64,000 bases of DNA from Takakia lepidozioides (GCA_030704615.1 CM060734.1:58032001-58096000); one strand, 5' to 3'; shown: positions 48,501-63,609, counted from the stretch's first letter. Numbers and translations: made by a program. Notes: a model not told the origin generated them from the sequence alone.

Positions 48501-51335
48501 GGAATGGCATGAGCTCCCTGGGCCTCGCATTGAGACGCGGAATACACATGGCACAGGCTGCACATTGGCATCTGCAATAGCGGCTGAACTAGCCAAAGGA
48601 AACCCTATGCTTCCTGCCATTCTGGTATTTATTCGAAATATCATAATTTCATTTTATTGTTCCAGGCCTATGGATCCTGAGACACTCTGAGAAGAGAACA
48701 AGTGGTAGTTGCGTAGTGGCTCCTGTTGATACCATCTATGTTGTTTTTTGTATAGCAGAGAACATTATAAAAGTCAACTGAGAAGAAATGAGCTTATGGG
48801 TCAGAAAAAAAGAGGAAACGAACACCGATGGAATCCCGGCAATCAGCCACCACAACCATAACTAACTAGTCCATATCAAGTTATTCTCCAAGGTGGAAAG
48901 TTCACATAAATATGCTCTTGAGCCTCAATCTCTAGTCTCTCAGATTTTGAGTGCCCTATGTAGAGTAGTTGTTTTGGAGAACAAGATGAAACCTTCAGTC
49001 CTGAGGGATGTTAAGGGATAATACTAGAGGGGGACCTTGACATCCATAGAACTTGATATGTGAAGGATAATCGAGTTTGTGGGTAAGATGTGGATACTAC
49101 TACTGGACTGAAAAGGGGAAATTGTGGTCGGTTGGTAATGTTGGTTACCGAAAAGCATATGGAGATGACTAGGAAATATCTTTATAGAGATGAAGATAAC
49201 GACTGTTTACCATTCAAGAAATTTACAGGGCCTACTACTGCAAGCATAGCCCATCAAGGGGCTAATGGTCTTGATGAATGACATAATATTAATGGATGAT
49301 GAGTATCAACCACAAGGTAAGGGTTGAACCAAGGAAGGTGGATCTGTTAATGGAAACACTGACTGGGGAAGTTACAATGAAGATGAAATGGTTTTGACAC
49401 TGTTACATGGTCTCCTCCCGAGGGAGGAGCCCATAAAGATGTCTACTTAAGAATTCACCCAGAAACAACGGAATTACAGTCAGGCTTTCCCACCCAGTCT
49501 CAACAGATCATTCACCAGGCGCATGGTTACGAATGTGCAGCTTGATTTAAAGACCGGTCCCTCTCCTCCTGAAGGAAGACTGAAGGAAGACTGAAGGGTA
49601 GCTCAATGCAAGTACCTTCTGACAAAGTTTTTTGTCTCTGCCCTTGGGGCCAAATCACAGGCAGCAAAACAGTACATATCAGAGGCGCTTGAAAGGAGTG
49701 TGGGGCTGTCCATAGGGAAAGGGGCGCAAGGTCCTCTTAACCACCTCTTCAGGTTGACTGACTGGGAGAGCAAATCAGCGTTCCAGCCTGAGTCTCTTCT
49801 CCTGTATGCAGTCACGGATGTGGCAATGAACAAACGTTGGGGCCGTTCCACTCCAGAGGCAGTTAGGGGGGCTATTGAAGGAGGGGCTACTATCATCCAA
49901 ATCAGGTGCCATTTTCTTTATTCAATTTCTTTCTGCTCTCCATGTGTTTTCCTTCCTAGTGGTCTTGTAGGCTTATGAGGCTGTTGCATCTTCCTTGAAA
50001 TAAGAGGTCCTTAAGGTACGCTATAGATACTGAAGGGCTTTTTAATATGTCATAGGCATTTTGTTATCTAATCATCATTTCATCTGTCTTTATTCCTCCT
50101 TTTGACATCTTCCCTTCAGCTATTAAGTAAGTGAGTATTTTTGGGGGTGGAGTCTTTTTAGCATTCCAAAAATTAGATTACTACTGAAAGAAATAATGGA
50201 TATGCAGAGAGAAGGAGGCCGAGACTGGCGAGTTTCTTCATGTTAGTTTCCATGCTCATATCAACTCATGTTCTTTCAAATTTAGTTTATGTTTCTTCTC
50301 TGTGATTAAGTATGTTTATTGCTTCTGTTTGCAAACAATGAACAGCACAGGTACAGATAGATGAGAGGGGACTGAGTTGCAGAGCACAGGTAGATGGAGA
50401 CATTTGTGATTGGACAGATCCATCTTTTTGTTTCAGTGTAGGCTTGAGGGCTTAATCCCTGCAGGATACTATTGCTTTGAGCACATCAGGGTAGGAAACT
50501 GATCCCAAATGCAGGTTAGGCTTTGTGAGAAGGCCACAGGGAAACGTGCTTTGTCGAGTACTGTTGCACATCCAAGATCCATCGGGTCAGAGGGTTGCTT
50601 GTGTGACCAATGAAGTGCTGGCACTGACATCGTGCTAGAGCACATGCCGTGCATTCCAGCATTAATACACAGTGTGACACTTGAAAGTGGTGCACTGTCA
50701 ATCACACTGGTGAGGGAAGGGCAAAAGAGGGTGATTAGAGAGAGAGAGCAAGGTCTTTATGTACAGCAAACTATGGAGAGCAAGGTTAATGCTCTGAACC
50801 AGTTTACATGCACTGAATGCAGGAAGCTGAAGCCTCACTGAAAATAGCACGAGAACATGGGGTCCCCCTCTTGATCAATGATCGCATTGACATAGCCCTA
50901 GTCTGCAATGCAGATGGTGTCCACTTGGGGCAAACAGACTTACCGGTTGCACGGGCACGTTCGCTCTTAGGACCCAACAAGATAATTGGGGTCTCTTGTA
51001 AGACCCCTGAACAAGCAAAGATGGCCTGGAAGGAAGGTGCAGATTACATAGGCTCTGGAGGTGTATTCCCAACCAACACCAAAGAGAACAACAAAACTAT
51101 AGGGCTTGATGGTTTGAGACTTGTCTGTGAGGGAAGCCCACTTCCAGTAGTGGCAATTGGTGGAATATCAGCTGCCAATGTAGTTGCTGTTATGCAGGGA
51201 CCCCGGCCGGCAAACCTGAAGGGGGTGGCTGTTGTCTCGGCGTTGTTTGACCAGTATGACGTCAAGGAGGCAACACACAATTTGCGGGAACTTTTGGTGA
51301 ATACTGTTGATGGCTCAATCTCTTTCAGATCTTGA
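45559..51335 (+). CDS. TH1: Bifunctional HMP(-P) kinase / thiamine-phosphate synthase (ThiD-ThiE); exons ~45559-45903, 46210-46284, 47096-47171, 47343-47418, 47639-47773, 48082-48147, 48497-48624, 49661-49905, 50208-50241, 50823-51335
   Basis: [58 protein letters not shown]...[21 protein letters not shown]; start codon uncertain. Confidence 0.93.
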
Positions 51336-54300
51336 AGGATGCTGGTTTCCTCTTCGTTCTATTCAAAGATTCAAGGAGAGATGGAGCTCAATGTGGATCG
51401 TGACAGATCTGGCATAGCATGTTGAGGTGTTCATCTCATTACCCTTGAAAAGGTGACCGTGCCCACCAAGTTTTGCCCAGGAAGTGATGGTCCAGCATTA
51501 CTGGTCTGGTGCATGCTTGTTAAGGGATCATTGTGCAGGATATGTTGACAGCAGGTTGTTTGTAGCAAAGATAGGGGCTGTTGGCACACATGAATAATTG
51601 CACGAGGAGTTGTTAGAGGAGTTCATGTAAAATTGTCCACTAGGACATGTGGATCTGGAATATGGAAGGATGGATAAATTTTTGTATAGTACAAGGTTCA
51701 CAAGGGCCACTTTGTCATTCGCAGTTACTATTGAGTAGTGTCCAGGGCTTGTCTCTTGCAAGATTTGTCTGAAATGCATGGCGTGCATCCACTGAATATG
51801 GATCAATCCCGGCTCTCATATTGTTATTTGACAGACTACAGGCATCCAGCGATGGCCTCACCGGAAACCTGAGGAGGAAAGAAAAGAAAAATCAAGGAGA
51901 GAAGAGCAAAAACACCACAGGGACAGACAAACCAGTTGGGACACGGAGCCGAGAGGAAGTTTTCTGGTTCTGAGTTACATTCTTCGACATTCTGTTTACT
52001 CGTTGGGATAATGTCTTCAATGCCACCATTTTTGTCTGTCTTGGCAATGCAGGTATCAAAACCTCATCTCGTTCAAGATCGACATAGTCTACGAGCTCAG
52101 GTATGGAGACCGCTTGAGTTCCACACGAAAAAAAGACAACAATGCCGAACTGAGAACTTCAATGAGGACCCTGGACTGGCGTACCTTCCTTCCCTCAGTC
52201 TTCGACATCTGATGCATGTGACGCACTTCATTCAGTCCACCAACTGAAGATCCCATGGAACTAAAGACCGCCAAGACAGGAACAAGGATAGAAAGGAAGC
52301 AGTCCCAGAAGCACTCACAATGGACTTCAACTCAAAAATCGTATCAACGGCAATCAGATCCAACTGAAAACGGTCAGGAGATACCACTTCCAATCAGATC
52401 AAAACAGCAGAGAGCTATCAGAAATCAGATCAACATGGAAGAAAGCTGATAGAGTCAATCATATCAAATGAAACAGTCGCACTACGGCATTATGAACACT
52501 TCGATCATTTTCCGTCGCATCACAATGGAAATCAAACACAAATACAAAAGACAAGAAAAGATCAACATATTCGACACTGTTTTTTTTTGCGCGAAATTTT
52601 GCCACTTTTCGATGAAGAAATTGGCCTCATGAAATCTACAAAGGAATTATGGGTTAAAATATGGCACTGTTTCGCATTACTGCCCTCCCTAATGCCATCA
52701 TGTCGCTGCAATGGGGACGTTGCCTGTACAGCTGTCGCACAAGGAAAGAGACACATGCCATCCAAATGATCTTGCCTATTGATTTCTAGAAACCCTACCA
52801 CCCTGCCAGCCTTGGGTTCGAACTCTTCCCGCTTTCGCCAAGGGGTCGAGCTATGGATCAGGGAACTTTCATTTAGGTTTCGCTTACCCGCCTAGTATCC
52901 GTGTCATGCACCAGACTTGCACCGCCTCTTGCATTGGCATTGGCATACGAGGCTTTGAGCAAAGTTGTTGATCTTGGACAAGATTAGTCATATTTGTTAA
53001 TGGATTGTATCCATGTGACAGAGTTGTGCTAGGCTGGTTGCCTTTGTTTCCATAGCTTCTTTGCTTTGTTTTGATCTGCACGAAACTCTTAAGGCGTTCC
53101 GGGTGTTTTTTTCATTTATGTTTGTTAGTACACTAACATGATTTGTTTGTGTAGGTCCCCCCCTGTGCTGCAGTGGGCATGGCTGAGGTTCAATTCCTCT
53201 AGAGGGCATTTTCGCTCAACTACATGCTTTGCAATATGCAGTGTTGAGAAAAAGTTACCTCCCTTGTCGCTCCCACAAACCGAACATTACATGAGTTGAG
53301 TTCGCATAAAACTCATCAAACATTCTTGTCAGTAGCCACCAGTTCGAGATCACATACCACGAGATCACATACCACAAAGTTGCCAATTGATCTTCCTCAT
53401 AGGCCAGCCAGGAGCCAACGTGGTTTAAGTTCTTAAATGAAAAAAAAAAAAAAAAAACGTTGATATTGGTTGAGCACAGTGACAGCTAGGGTGCAGGAGG
53501 CCAAGATCACAAGGTAGGCGCGCGGGGGACCACCATGGCCGACCACCTCCATGGAAGACACAGTTCCGGGTCGCTCGTTGTCTCGTCGGCCCGGCCGACC
53601 TGTCGGCTCGCTCCTTCCTAACTCTATTATTATTGAATTGTTTTTTATTTCATTTCGGGCAGCAGAACAAAACAAAAGGATCGATATATGAATTTGATCG
53701 CGCGATGTAGGAGCTCTGTGGTTTGCGGTGAGAGTGAGCCCCCAACGGTCTCTTCGTCTCCCTCCCAGGCCTCTCCATCGCTTACATCGGCTACCTCCCT
53801 ATCGTTTGGGGGAAATACCAATAGCATAACCCAAACCTCAGGAGCTTCTGCTACGTTGGATACTAACTTTATTGATAACTTCTCAGTCCGGATCGCAGAA
53901 ATTCAAGTTTCCCATTTTGCAAGCCCACCATCATCACCTCTTCATCCTGGATCTCTCTCTTAACTCTCCCACAAGAAAGCGGCACATTTCATCCGTATTG
54001 GGATTCCAAAGCCCCTGCAGTCGCCGTCAACTTCATGACGCTTAACTTCGCCCCTGCCACCTAGTCGAGCCCCCCAGTGGCTGAAACCAGCTACCCCAAA
54101 CCCCCTCCACACTCTCACTATCGCTTCTCACCCACTCTCTAAGTCATCCCGTCTCAGCTCTTATCTCTCCAAACTTTATTCACTGCCCTCACTGCGAACA
54201 GTCTTGTTTTCGTGTCGTCTTCTTAACTCTCCTTCCTAAGTTTCTCTTCTCCCCGATATGGGTTCTCTCAATGCCGCGCAACACCGTCGCAACTCCAACT

Positions 54301-54628
54301 CCTAGAAACGGTGCCATCCGCCCATCCAGAACCCCGCTGATCACCCGACCCCAACCATCCTCAGGAACAGGATTCTTCCTAGCCCACCAGGCTCAGGCAA
54401 TCCTTCCACATCAGCTCCAGGCCAGGAGGTCAGACTCCCCCATGCTCGCGTCACACCATCTACAGACCAGGAGGCCGGGAACCCCCATATGCAAGATACA
54501 GCCCGCACATCAGCAAGTACAAGCTCGTCAGGGGGAAATCGCTCCAACCATGGACAATACACCCCTGGACGAACATGCCTTTCTGTTGAAAGAAGATTGG
54601 GAAGAACAAGAGGCGGGATCTTATCTCC

Positions 54629-56992
54629 ATGAATGTACCTCAGATGCGTAAGAGAGTGGTATCTCTGGAAGAAAGAGGCATCCTAGCCCACTTTCCAGGG
54701 AGAAAAGTTGGCCGAGCATATGTCCGAGAATGGGCGACTCGCCACTTTGGGGGAGCAGAGGAGCTAAAGCAGCACTTCTGCCACTACAAGGGTAGGGGTT
54801 TTTTCTCAATTGCATTTGAAAACCAGGCAGCTGCAGCACAAGCCCTCAATTTTAATCCTCACCTATATGGGTTCAATGTCAATATCTTCCCTTGGTCACC
54901 CAACATGGGCAACCGGAATGGCAAATTGTGGGGACCAAGAATTGTATCAGTCCCATTCATTCCAAATCAATATCTACCCAACCTCCCTGATATAGCCAAC
55001 CACTTTGGATTTTATCTGGGCTGCATCTCAGTATTCGACCTCTTCATGTGTATGGACAATATCAGGAACGATCTGGCTTGGAGAGCCACCACCATTGCCT
55101 CAAGAGTGAATAACTCGGGTAGTGCAAAATTTGTTTTAATGATGCCCAATGAGGCTGTCCTTCCGCCCTATATCAGGCTACCAATTGACGAGGAAGGTAA
55201 CTACTTCACCATCAGGCTTATTGAGGATACATCATCACAAGCGTGCTTCAACTGTGGAAAGCTGGGCCACATCAAAGCACAATGCAAAGCACAGAAAAGG
55301 AGAAGATCCGGTGTCAAAAACCATCTTACAACCCCCCAATCGGCCAACAGGTATGATGCAAACACACCACCAAGGCAGTCTGCAAGCTTTGTAAGGAGGG
55401 AACAGACAAAGGGCCTTTCCCCAACTGATCTGCTGCAGATGCATGGGCTTGCCGAGGAGAAAGCAACAAAGCACCAGCCCCTTACCCAGAGTAAACAAAA
55501 AGCTAAGACAACATGATGACCCTATGCGAGCGGAAGCATCACCAAAAAAGGCTTCTTGGAACTCCAAAGGGAAATGGATCCCAATGCAGAATGCACTGCC
55601 TTCTCCAACTCCACCTTTGGCGGACACAAGTATTCTCCCCAACGTGCCTCCGCCAAAAACCACAATCCTCACTGGGATTGCTAGCCACTCCGCAATTGCA
55701 AAAAATTTCAGAGGTATCAAATCCTTCCCACACCTCGCTCTTAATTGCTCCTCTACAATCAACACCGATGACATCCCCAAGGCCTCATGCATAACCCCGT
55801 TAGTGTTCAGGAAAGGACCCCCACAGTCCCTTCTTGTCACAGAATCGGCATGGGAGGATTTTGCTTCCTTGTGGATTACTGTTCAGGAAGTTCAAAACTT
55901 CATTGCCAATTGTCCACCCAGCACATGTCAAGAAAATATGCTCAGAAAGAAAATTCAGGACTTCTTGCTGGCTTTCCTACCTCACTATCACATGGCAGGG
56001 ACCACAAAAATATTTTGGGACTCCTTTCTGGAAAACTTCCCTGGGCTCAATTGCAATCCAACAGTGCATGTCCTCGCTTTGTTAGAGGAAGCTGACATTT
56101 ACATCACCCCGCCACCCGCGGGGGCAATCTGGGTCAAGAAAAGCATCCTGGCAGAGCCAAGAGGAGCCACTAGACTCAAACCCAGATTCAGGGACACACT
56201 CGCAAATGCATTCTCCATCCTTGAGGCCATCATGGAAGCGGATATTGATGAAGAAAACCACAGAGGAGACCTGCAGAGAACAAGAGACCACTTGTATGGT
56301 GTACAAGTGCAGTCCACATCCTCCTCATCGAGTGTTTCGGGAAGTTCGGACTGCCCAAAGGAGGCCGCATAGGATCAGGAGCTATTTGCCAACGCAATTC
56401 AGGGACTCACTAGTCAGCCCCAGCTTTCTTCAGACACTTCTCCACAGGAAGGATCAACCCAGGGACAACACGCACCTCTATCTGGCCCATCTTCGGAGGA
56501 GCAATGCAACACACTGGGCCAGGTTTTTCTTCCTCCCGCTCCCTGTTTTATCTTCTACCTAGACAGACTCAATTCCAAAAGATTTGGTTGCTTTGTTGCA
56601 AGGGAGTTAAACAGGCTTGCAGGAAAATCCCGACAATTTCTTTGCCTCAAACGCTAGCTTTACCTTATACACATGTCTCTAGTCCTAAATTTCCCAAACC
56701 ACCACTTCTGTTACATCCGCCCACAAAATTCCTACAAAAAGCAGGCAATCTTATTTCTATCTCAGCTCTCCAGCCACACCAAGGCCAATTTACTGCCACA
56801 ATCCCGCCAAACCTTATTCACACTGTCGTCATGGTGATGATCAAAAAACAAACCCCCAAGCCTCCCACAGGTTTTCAATGGGTAAACACCCTGCTCCCCA
56901 TAGACAAAAGGGTCAAATTCTATTTTGATCACCCTGGGCCATCAAATGTGAGTAATACTCTAGCCCTAGAAGTCCCTCTTCATATTGATTAG
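54629..56992 (+). pseudogene. LINE (L1-like) ORF1 region, frameshifted
   Basis: DUF4283-like segment (KGRGFFSIAFEN...AL...PH...NIFPWSP) and CCHC knuckle CFNCGKLGHIKAQC; continues in ORFs 55443-56372 and 56504-56992. Confidence 0.75.
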
Positions 56993-57082
56993 GAATATTT
57001 GGGGTCTGGGCTAGGGGCCAGACTCCCTTAAAAGAGTCAGGCTTCGATCTTGGCTCAGCCCTATGCTGCAGCAAGACGCCAT

Positions 57083-60000
57083 CACTACAGCAAATGGGGG
57101 GGTTTGCGACGCCAGCCGCACCCCCACGCCCCGCGCGGCGCCGAGCATGCAACGCCAACCCCGCGGAGCGTGTTTGCGACGCCGGGCCGTCGCAGCCAAA
57201 CCCCGTGAGAGTGAAACCTAGCCCCAGGGCCAGGCGGCGACACCTGGCCGTCGCATGGAGTGATGAAGGGAAAATGGCAGCCCTTCCGTGCAACGCCCAC
57301 GCGTCGCCCCAGCGAAGGGCAGAAGGCAGCCCTTTCTGGCGACGGCCGGTCGTCGCACGCCGGGAAAAAAAAACACCATTTCTTGCCTTCTCTTTCATTG
57401 CAGCCCTTTCTTGCGATGCCCGGCCTTCACATGGTGGCATGAAGGGCAAAAGGCCCCTGCGACGGCCAGGCGTTGCAAACTGCCCGGCTGCCCTATTCTT
57501 ACAAAACAAAAAAACATGTCACAGTTTGCGACGGCTGGCCGTCGCCGTTTGCGACCCCCGGCCTCATAAATCCAAGAAAACGCGTCGCAGTTTGCGACGC
57601 GTAGGGGTCGCATGCGGCGACGGCAAGGCTTTCTAGGTTTAGGGTTAGGGCCTTTGGGGGTTCTTAGTTTTTTTTTTTTTTTTCATATGGTACTGGGGTA
57701 GGGTGTTTGTTTTTCTTTATGGTTTAGCTTGTTGTTGTGGACCTTCTTGTAGATTGTGACATTCATTTTGATAATTCTCTTGATACCACATCTGTATGTG
57801 TTGCTCCAACATATTCATTGTCTCTGCCTTCTTTCTTGAAAGACTACCAACCACAGTCATATTTGATGAATTATAGAAATAAAGTACAATATGCATGTAC
57901 ATGTACAATCAATCGAATGGATGGGTCCAGTTCGGTGCAAGAATTGTTATGTAGCTTTGATTTTGTGTCTAATCAACTTGAACTTCATCATCCGGAGCCT
58001 GTTCATCCTTATCAAGCTGCAAGTCTTCTTCGTCATCGGAGTCATCGTCATAAATGGCCCGGCTCTCAAAAGGCACCTCCGAATCATCCTCCACCTTGTT
58101 GTCAATGTCTGTGTCTTTGTCTCCTTCTCCAACATCCGTATCTTCTAGAACTTCATCATATAGGGTCCAGGATGCATTGTCTGGGGCGTCATCATCCTTT
58201 TCTACCCCCTCTACCCAACCTCCATCTTCAGCATCATTATGACCAGTCTCTCCATCCACCGCAATTGCCTCACCCCATGGAGATCCGAGACCATGATAGA
58301 TACGTCTTTTTCTTGGCTGAGCATGCACAACCACCTTCCAATTCCCCCCTCTTGTTTTGTCATCGGAGAAGAAAACTTGCTCCATGTCTGAAGGCCGTGA
58401 AAAATGCTCATCGGAGGGACGATAAGTAGGGTTGAGCCTATCTGCATTGACGTGCATGAAACCACAATCATCTTGCACTAGTGTTGCGGAGGGCCCCACA
58501 AGATATGGCTGGAACCACCTTCCCTTGAAGAGAAGAGGCCGGTACCTTGTATACTGAAGTTGGAGTATGCTCTCAAGCTCTCCAATGTACTCAAGTTTGC
58601 TCATAGTAGGTCGTGTATCTCCCTTGCCCCACACGGAGTCTTGCCAATATGTGGCACACAAGCCAGAATCAAAGGTTGTTTTGCGCTTCATGTCAAGAGC
58701 ACGAATGCGGAAATGATGACCGTGAACCCAAACCGCCGTGTATGAGGTCGCGAATTGAGAGGGGCCCATTGCAATGTCTTGCACCAAATCTGAAACCACC
58801 TCTCCTTGATCAACGGCGTCATAAACTGAAGTCCAAAGCCACTGTTGGAATGAACTTAGAGGCTGCAATTCCATGGGCAAATTTTGTGAAGGAACATTCC
58901 GGCGCCCGCTCCTCGTCGTGGGCGTCTAGTAACCGGCCTTGGATGGTTCCGCCTCCATGCAAGCGTCTCCTCCTCTCGTTGCTGAACAAGATTATTGTAT
59001 CTTGCCTCCCACTCATGTATGGATGTGGTTTTCTTCAGTATGAAGTCATGCGCTTGCTCACTCACCAAGGTCGGCAATTTTACCCTCTTCGATTTTTTGG
59101 GCAAAACGACGTCTTTGGTTCGTGCATCCTCCGCTTCCTTCCACATCCAAGGGGATTCCTCATCCACCCTTGCCATGTACTCCGTGCAATAGAACATAGC
59201 TTCTTGCAATGTATATCCATCCGTCATGCTACCCTCCGGGTGCGCCATTTGTCTTACAAATCCTTTCAAAGTCTTCATATAACACTCAAGGAAGTACAAC
59301 TACCGAGAATGAACGGGGCCGGCAATCGAAGCCTCTTCCACTAAGTGCACTACCAAGTGCACTTGGATGTCAAAGAAGGAGGGAGGAAGGAGGGAGGAAG
59401 GTGCATCTCCAACATACACATTACCTCCGCCGCCTCCTTCTTCATGCGTGGAAAATCTGCTTCTTCCAACTCTTTGGAGCAAATCCACCGGAACAAGCCT
59501 CGCAATCTATAGATTGTCTCACGAACCTCGGGAGTCAATGTCCTACGTACTGCAATGGGCAAGATGTCTTGCAATAGATTGTGGTAGTCATGAGACTTCA
59601 AACCATGGACCCCGTCTTCTTCGCTGAACTTCGTACGGAGGGATGACCTATAACCAGTTGGTGTTCGGACAGCACTTATGGTGGCTATCACTTTCTTGTA
59701 TTCCTCCTTTGTCCATTGCCAAGGTGCACGCCTATACTTCCACCGTACAACACCCTTTGGGTCCACACCATTTTGTTCGGCCCATAGATGGCGCATGCGA
59801 CCCTGCTTCTCAAGCTCATTTCTAACACCGAGAGAATCTCCTTTTGCAGCCACTCCCTTCTTTGCCGGCGTGCCATGAAGAACCCGAAAAAGGGACGAGC
59901 AGACATTCTCCTCAATATGCATAGGATCTAGAAGATGGCGAATCTTTAGGTCTTACATATATCCTCACCCACAAAGACTTACACAAATTTTTTTACGTGA

Positions 60001-61490
60001 AAGTGACAATGCAACGCATACCAAATGTGCAATATCACATGCATGCATATGGATATTGATGGTGTTTTTGTGGCTTATGTACCGCCCAATATGACAACTC
60101 GTAGAAGATTGAAAGTCGTTTCATGCCGGACACGTCCACTTCACCGTCCGTGCCCACATGGGACTCATTCCATTGGTCCTCCCAAAACTGCCCGGACGGT
60201 GTCATAGGAGGGGGACGTACTTCCTCTTTGTCACATGAAATGAGTACACTCACATGGCACAATGGCAGCCAACATGATATGGTCTTTTTTAATTGAAATA
60301 TAAGAAGGGATGTTGTAATTCACCATGGTCACCGGCCAAGTGGAATGACTACATGACTGGACAGAGAATGGATTGACCCCATCCGAGGAGAAGTCGAGGT
60401 GGACATGACGTGGGTCCTCCAAGAGAAAAGGCCACATCTCTTCAATATGCCTCCATGCTTGTGAATCTTGTGGCCCGCACATCTTTCCTGGGGGGCTCCG
60501 ATGCGAGGCATGTCATCTCATGAGTCTGTCCAATTCGGGGCTTCGGTATTGTGCCCTCAATCACGGGATGATCGGAAAGTAATGCATTTTCTAGGATGAA
60601 ATACCCCACGCCCCCCACATGTAATCATCCCATTAGCACACATAATACAACACCCTTATGTCTTTCCCTTTATGCAGCCTCTCCCTCATTTGGGTGTGAA
60701 TGGTCAAAACCAAACGTCGCTCCTTCCACTCCTCACTCACCTCTTCCAAAACCACAATCAGATCTTGCATGAGTACTACTCTCTAATAATCTCCATGCGA
60801 GGGGGAATGATGCTTATACCTTGCGTGGTATTTTTTTCCCTTGGATATCATCCCGATATCGGTCTTTTTTGCGCTTTGGGCACTTGGTGAGATGTGAATC
60901 CTCTCCATAGTATAAGGTTTTATCACATGGACATGCATGAAAAATCTTATAGCCCATCCCCACAGAGTCCAAGACTTCGCGCGCCTCTTTCCGCGACCGT
61001 GACATCTTGGGTTTCAAGTGTGGGACAAGGATATAGTCTGCAATAGTTCGCATTATGGCAGACATCCCAACATTACTTATGCCAAATCGAATTTGAAGAT
61101 TGAGCAAAAGTAAGATTGTTGAAAGTCGACTCACTTTCGCCCCATCGTACAAGGGAGTTCTCGCCTCCTTCTCCATATCATTTGAGGGGGCCATTTCAGG
61201 ATCATTGATTGGCCGGGTTCCCTCTTCATGGGATGCATCAGCGCCCACATGATGCATTAAGAGATCCTCCATGGCTTGCACATCCTCCTGGTTAATTCCA
61301 TGCTCATTGTTGTTGTCACTGTCACTATCACTGTCATCGTCATCATCGTCCGGTACCTTGGGGGCGGTGTCTCGCCCACGGCTCCCGCCTGATGTACTTG
61401 GGTTGTTTTCGGATGGGGTGCCAAGAGAAAAGATCGGGAAGGGATGGACAAAGTCCTGATATGAACAAATGAACATAGGGACATATATTA
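57083..61490 (-). mobile_element. One-ended CACTA element with spliced, decayed TnpD transposase
   Basis: CACTACAGCAAAT terminus at 57083; GCGACG/CGTCGC subterminal repeats to ~57640; IFHACPCDKTLY, DFSSDGVNPF..HSTWPV...YNIP, MHIEENVC, GLKSHDYH, FFDIQVHLVVHL, MYFLECYMKTLKGFVRQMAHPEGS, YIGELESILQL...LFKGRWF...QVFFSDD. Confidence 0.9.
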
Positions 61491-61494
61491 TAAT

Positions 61495-63050
61495 GTGTCC
61501 TTGCCCAAGCTGAAAATGGGAGGCCTAGGGATCCTAGACCCAGCAGATACACAGATAAAAGCATTGTTGGGTAAATGGTTGCCAAGATACTTAGGCCCGG
61601 AAGGAGGTTGGTGGAAGCTCATGGTAGCCCCTTCCATATCCATTTCCTCCCCCCTGCAGACCACCTCTTGGGCATCTTCCAGTAGATGGATAGTCCAAGG
61701 CTTTAATCACAAAAACCCTGGGTCTCCTCAAAGTCTTCCATTTGGGGTGCTTGGAAATCCATCAAGCCCTTTCTAAGGAAACATGAGCCTTCCAACTTTC
61801 ATGAATGCTTGAGGCAACACCTCTTCCTTAACATTCCAAATCCATCCCTCGACGAAAAAAGTATGGCCAGGAAATGGGCTGCATGGGAGTCTTGTGGCAT
61901 CTCCATTGTCAAGCACCTCTAGGAGAGCACCCCACAATCTCTCCAGGCTGCTTTAGGAGCCCGACGACTACGATCAAGCATCTCACATATCATTTGTTCT
62001 ATTCCAGATTCTTGGAAGCTGTTGCTCAAAGAGCTCCTCCTCCCCCCCCTCCCCCCCCCCCTCCCCCCGTTTCACACCTGATGATTTCTCTGGAACCCTC
62101 AGGTCAACTTCCCAACATATTGACTCTTTCCCGTCAGCTGTTGCCTCCCCAGCCCGGGTCTATCAGTGGTCTGCCAAAACGAAGCTCCCCAGTCCTATAC
62201 TTAGCTCCAAGAGACTCGCCCATTCTTCCCTGACTACAACAAAACATGTTTGTTCTCATTGGGGGCTCCGGCATCTCTTCCCTGCAACTAGACCAGGCGG
62301 AATGGAAATGGGCCTTCGGGGGTAGGGTTTTTCCCTTCTTCTCTTACTCTGCCAAGAGGCCAGATTATAGGGCTCAACTGAATGCCACACCGCTTCACGC
62401 CAAATGGAATGATAGATAATCGCATTTCTTTGGCAGATAGCCAACAAGGTCTTGAAGGTTGATCAATTTCTAAACTTCGGGGAGACACTACTTTGCCAAT
62501 GTTGCTTCATTGGAACAATTGAGTCAATTGAGCATTGTCTCCTATACTGTTCAGGCCCTCAGGCTATATGGCCGCTGGTGAGAGTTTTTACAGATCATGG
62601 AGCCTCATGCCCTCTACCTCATTGGTCATCCTTCTCAACTATGATCAAGAGACCAAAAACAAAGCCTTTGACTGTCGAGTGTTTGAGACCCTTAGAAGTT
62701 CCACTCTATGGAACCTCTGGAAAGGCAGGTGCGATTGGACCCTCAAATATGAGAACACATCCCCTACTGCTCTCCTGACTATGGTCTTTTTTGATCTTAC
62801 AGTAGCAGCTAAAAAAACTTGGGCGTCACTGTGCAGAGGTCGCCAAGAAGCCTGAGCGCAAGCCTGTCCTCCTCAATACCTTCCGAGCAACGTGGGGGAA
62901 GTGTGGGATCCTTTGTCGCTGCGCTGATGATCTCACCTATGTTTGGGCAGACAGAATTCCACACTGCTGGCAGAGACACATAGCTAGGCTCTTCGGCATC
63001 CCCGGAGTTCGACAGATCTGAAATTAACCGGAGGCACATCAGGCCTTCCT
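61495..63050 (+). pseudogene. 3' part of LINE ORF2 (post-RT region, zf-RVT-like), decayed
   Basis: LPKLKMGGLGI.D....KALLGKW; C..C...ESIEHCL..C....IW; LWNLWKGRC. Confidence 0.8.
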
Positions 63051-63609
63051 CATGAACAAGGCTCCATTTCCATAGATAGGATTATTTTATCTTCTGCTTG
63101 ATCTTCCCTCCCTCCGATCCATACCCCCCTCCGCTCTATCCCTCCTTCCTCCATACTTTCATCTTCCCAGGGTTCTCCGTACTTCCGTTCTGCCACTGTT
63201 ACATGTCCAGGGCCCACCGAGGCTCTACTGCCGTTACGGCCTGCTGTGATCCTCCATGCTAGGGTGGTCGCTGTTCTGAGGCAGGTGCCTCAGGTTTATT
63301 TTTCGGGGTGTTCCCACCTTCATGTTATTGTTTCACTATCGGAAGGCTTCTCCCTTCCATACCTGGTCTAGGTAATTGTTCGTTCTCAGTTATCCGCCAT
63401 GGTCGACCATCATGCGAACATGCCTTATGGCAGCCCTCGGGCACCGTGCCAGCTCAATGGCGATCGAAATTCTTCACGATGGTGAAAATAGAAAGAGCAA
63501 GTGAAGGAGAGTGCAAAGCGTTGGCTGTGTTCTGGACACTTGGCCCTCTCCATCCCAGACTGCTGTAGTTGGGTGGCTAATGAAGGTGAAACGCTCGACA
63601 AGTGTGTGA

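Noticed and set aside
45400-51800. TPP riboswitch associated with the thiamine gene
   Set aside because: No recognisable aptamer core seen; in plants the riboswitch is typically on THIC (and THI1 in some lineages), not TH1.
56913-57636. Overlapping Arg/Ala-rich ORFs on both strands
   Set aside because: By-product of GC-rich CACTA subterminal repeats.
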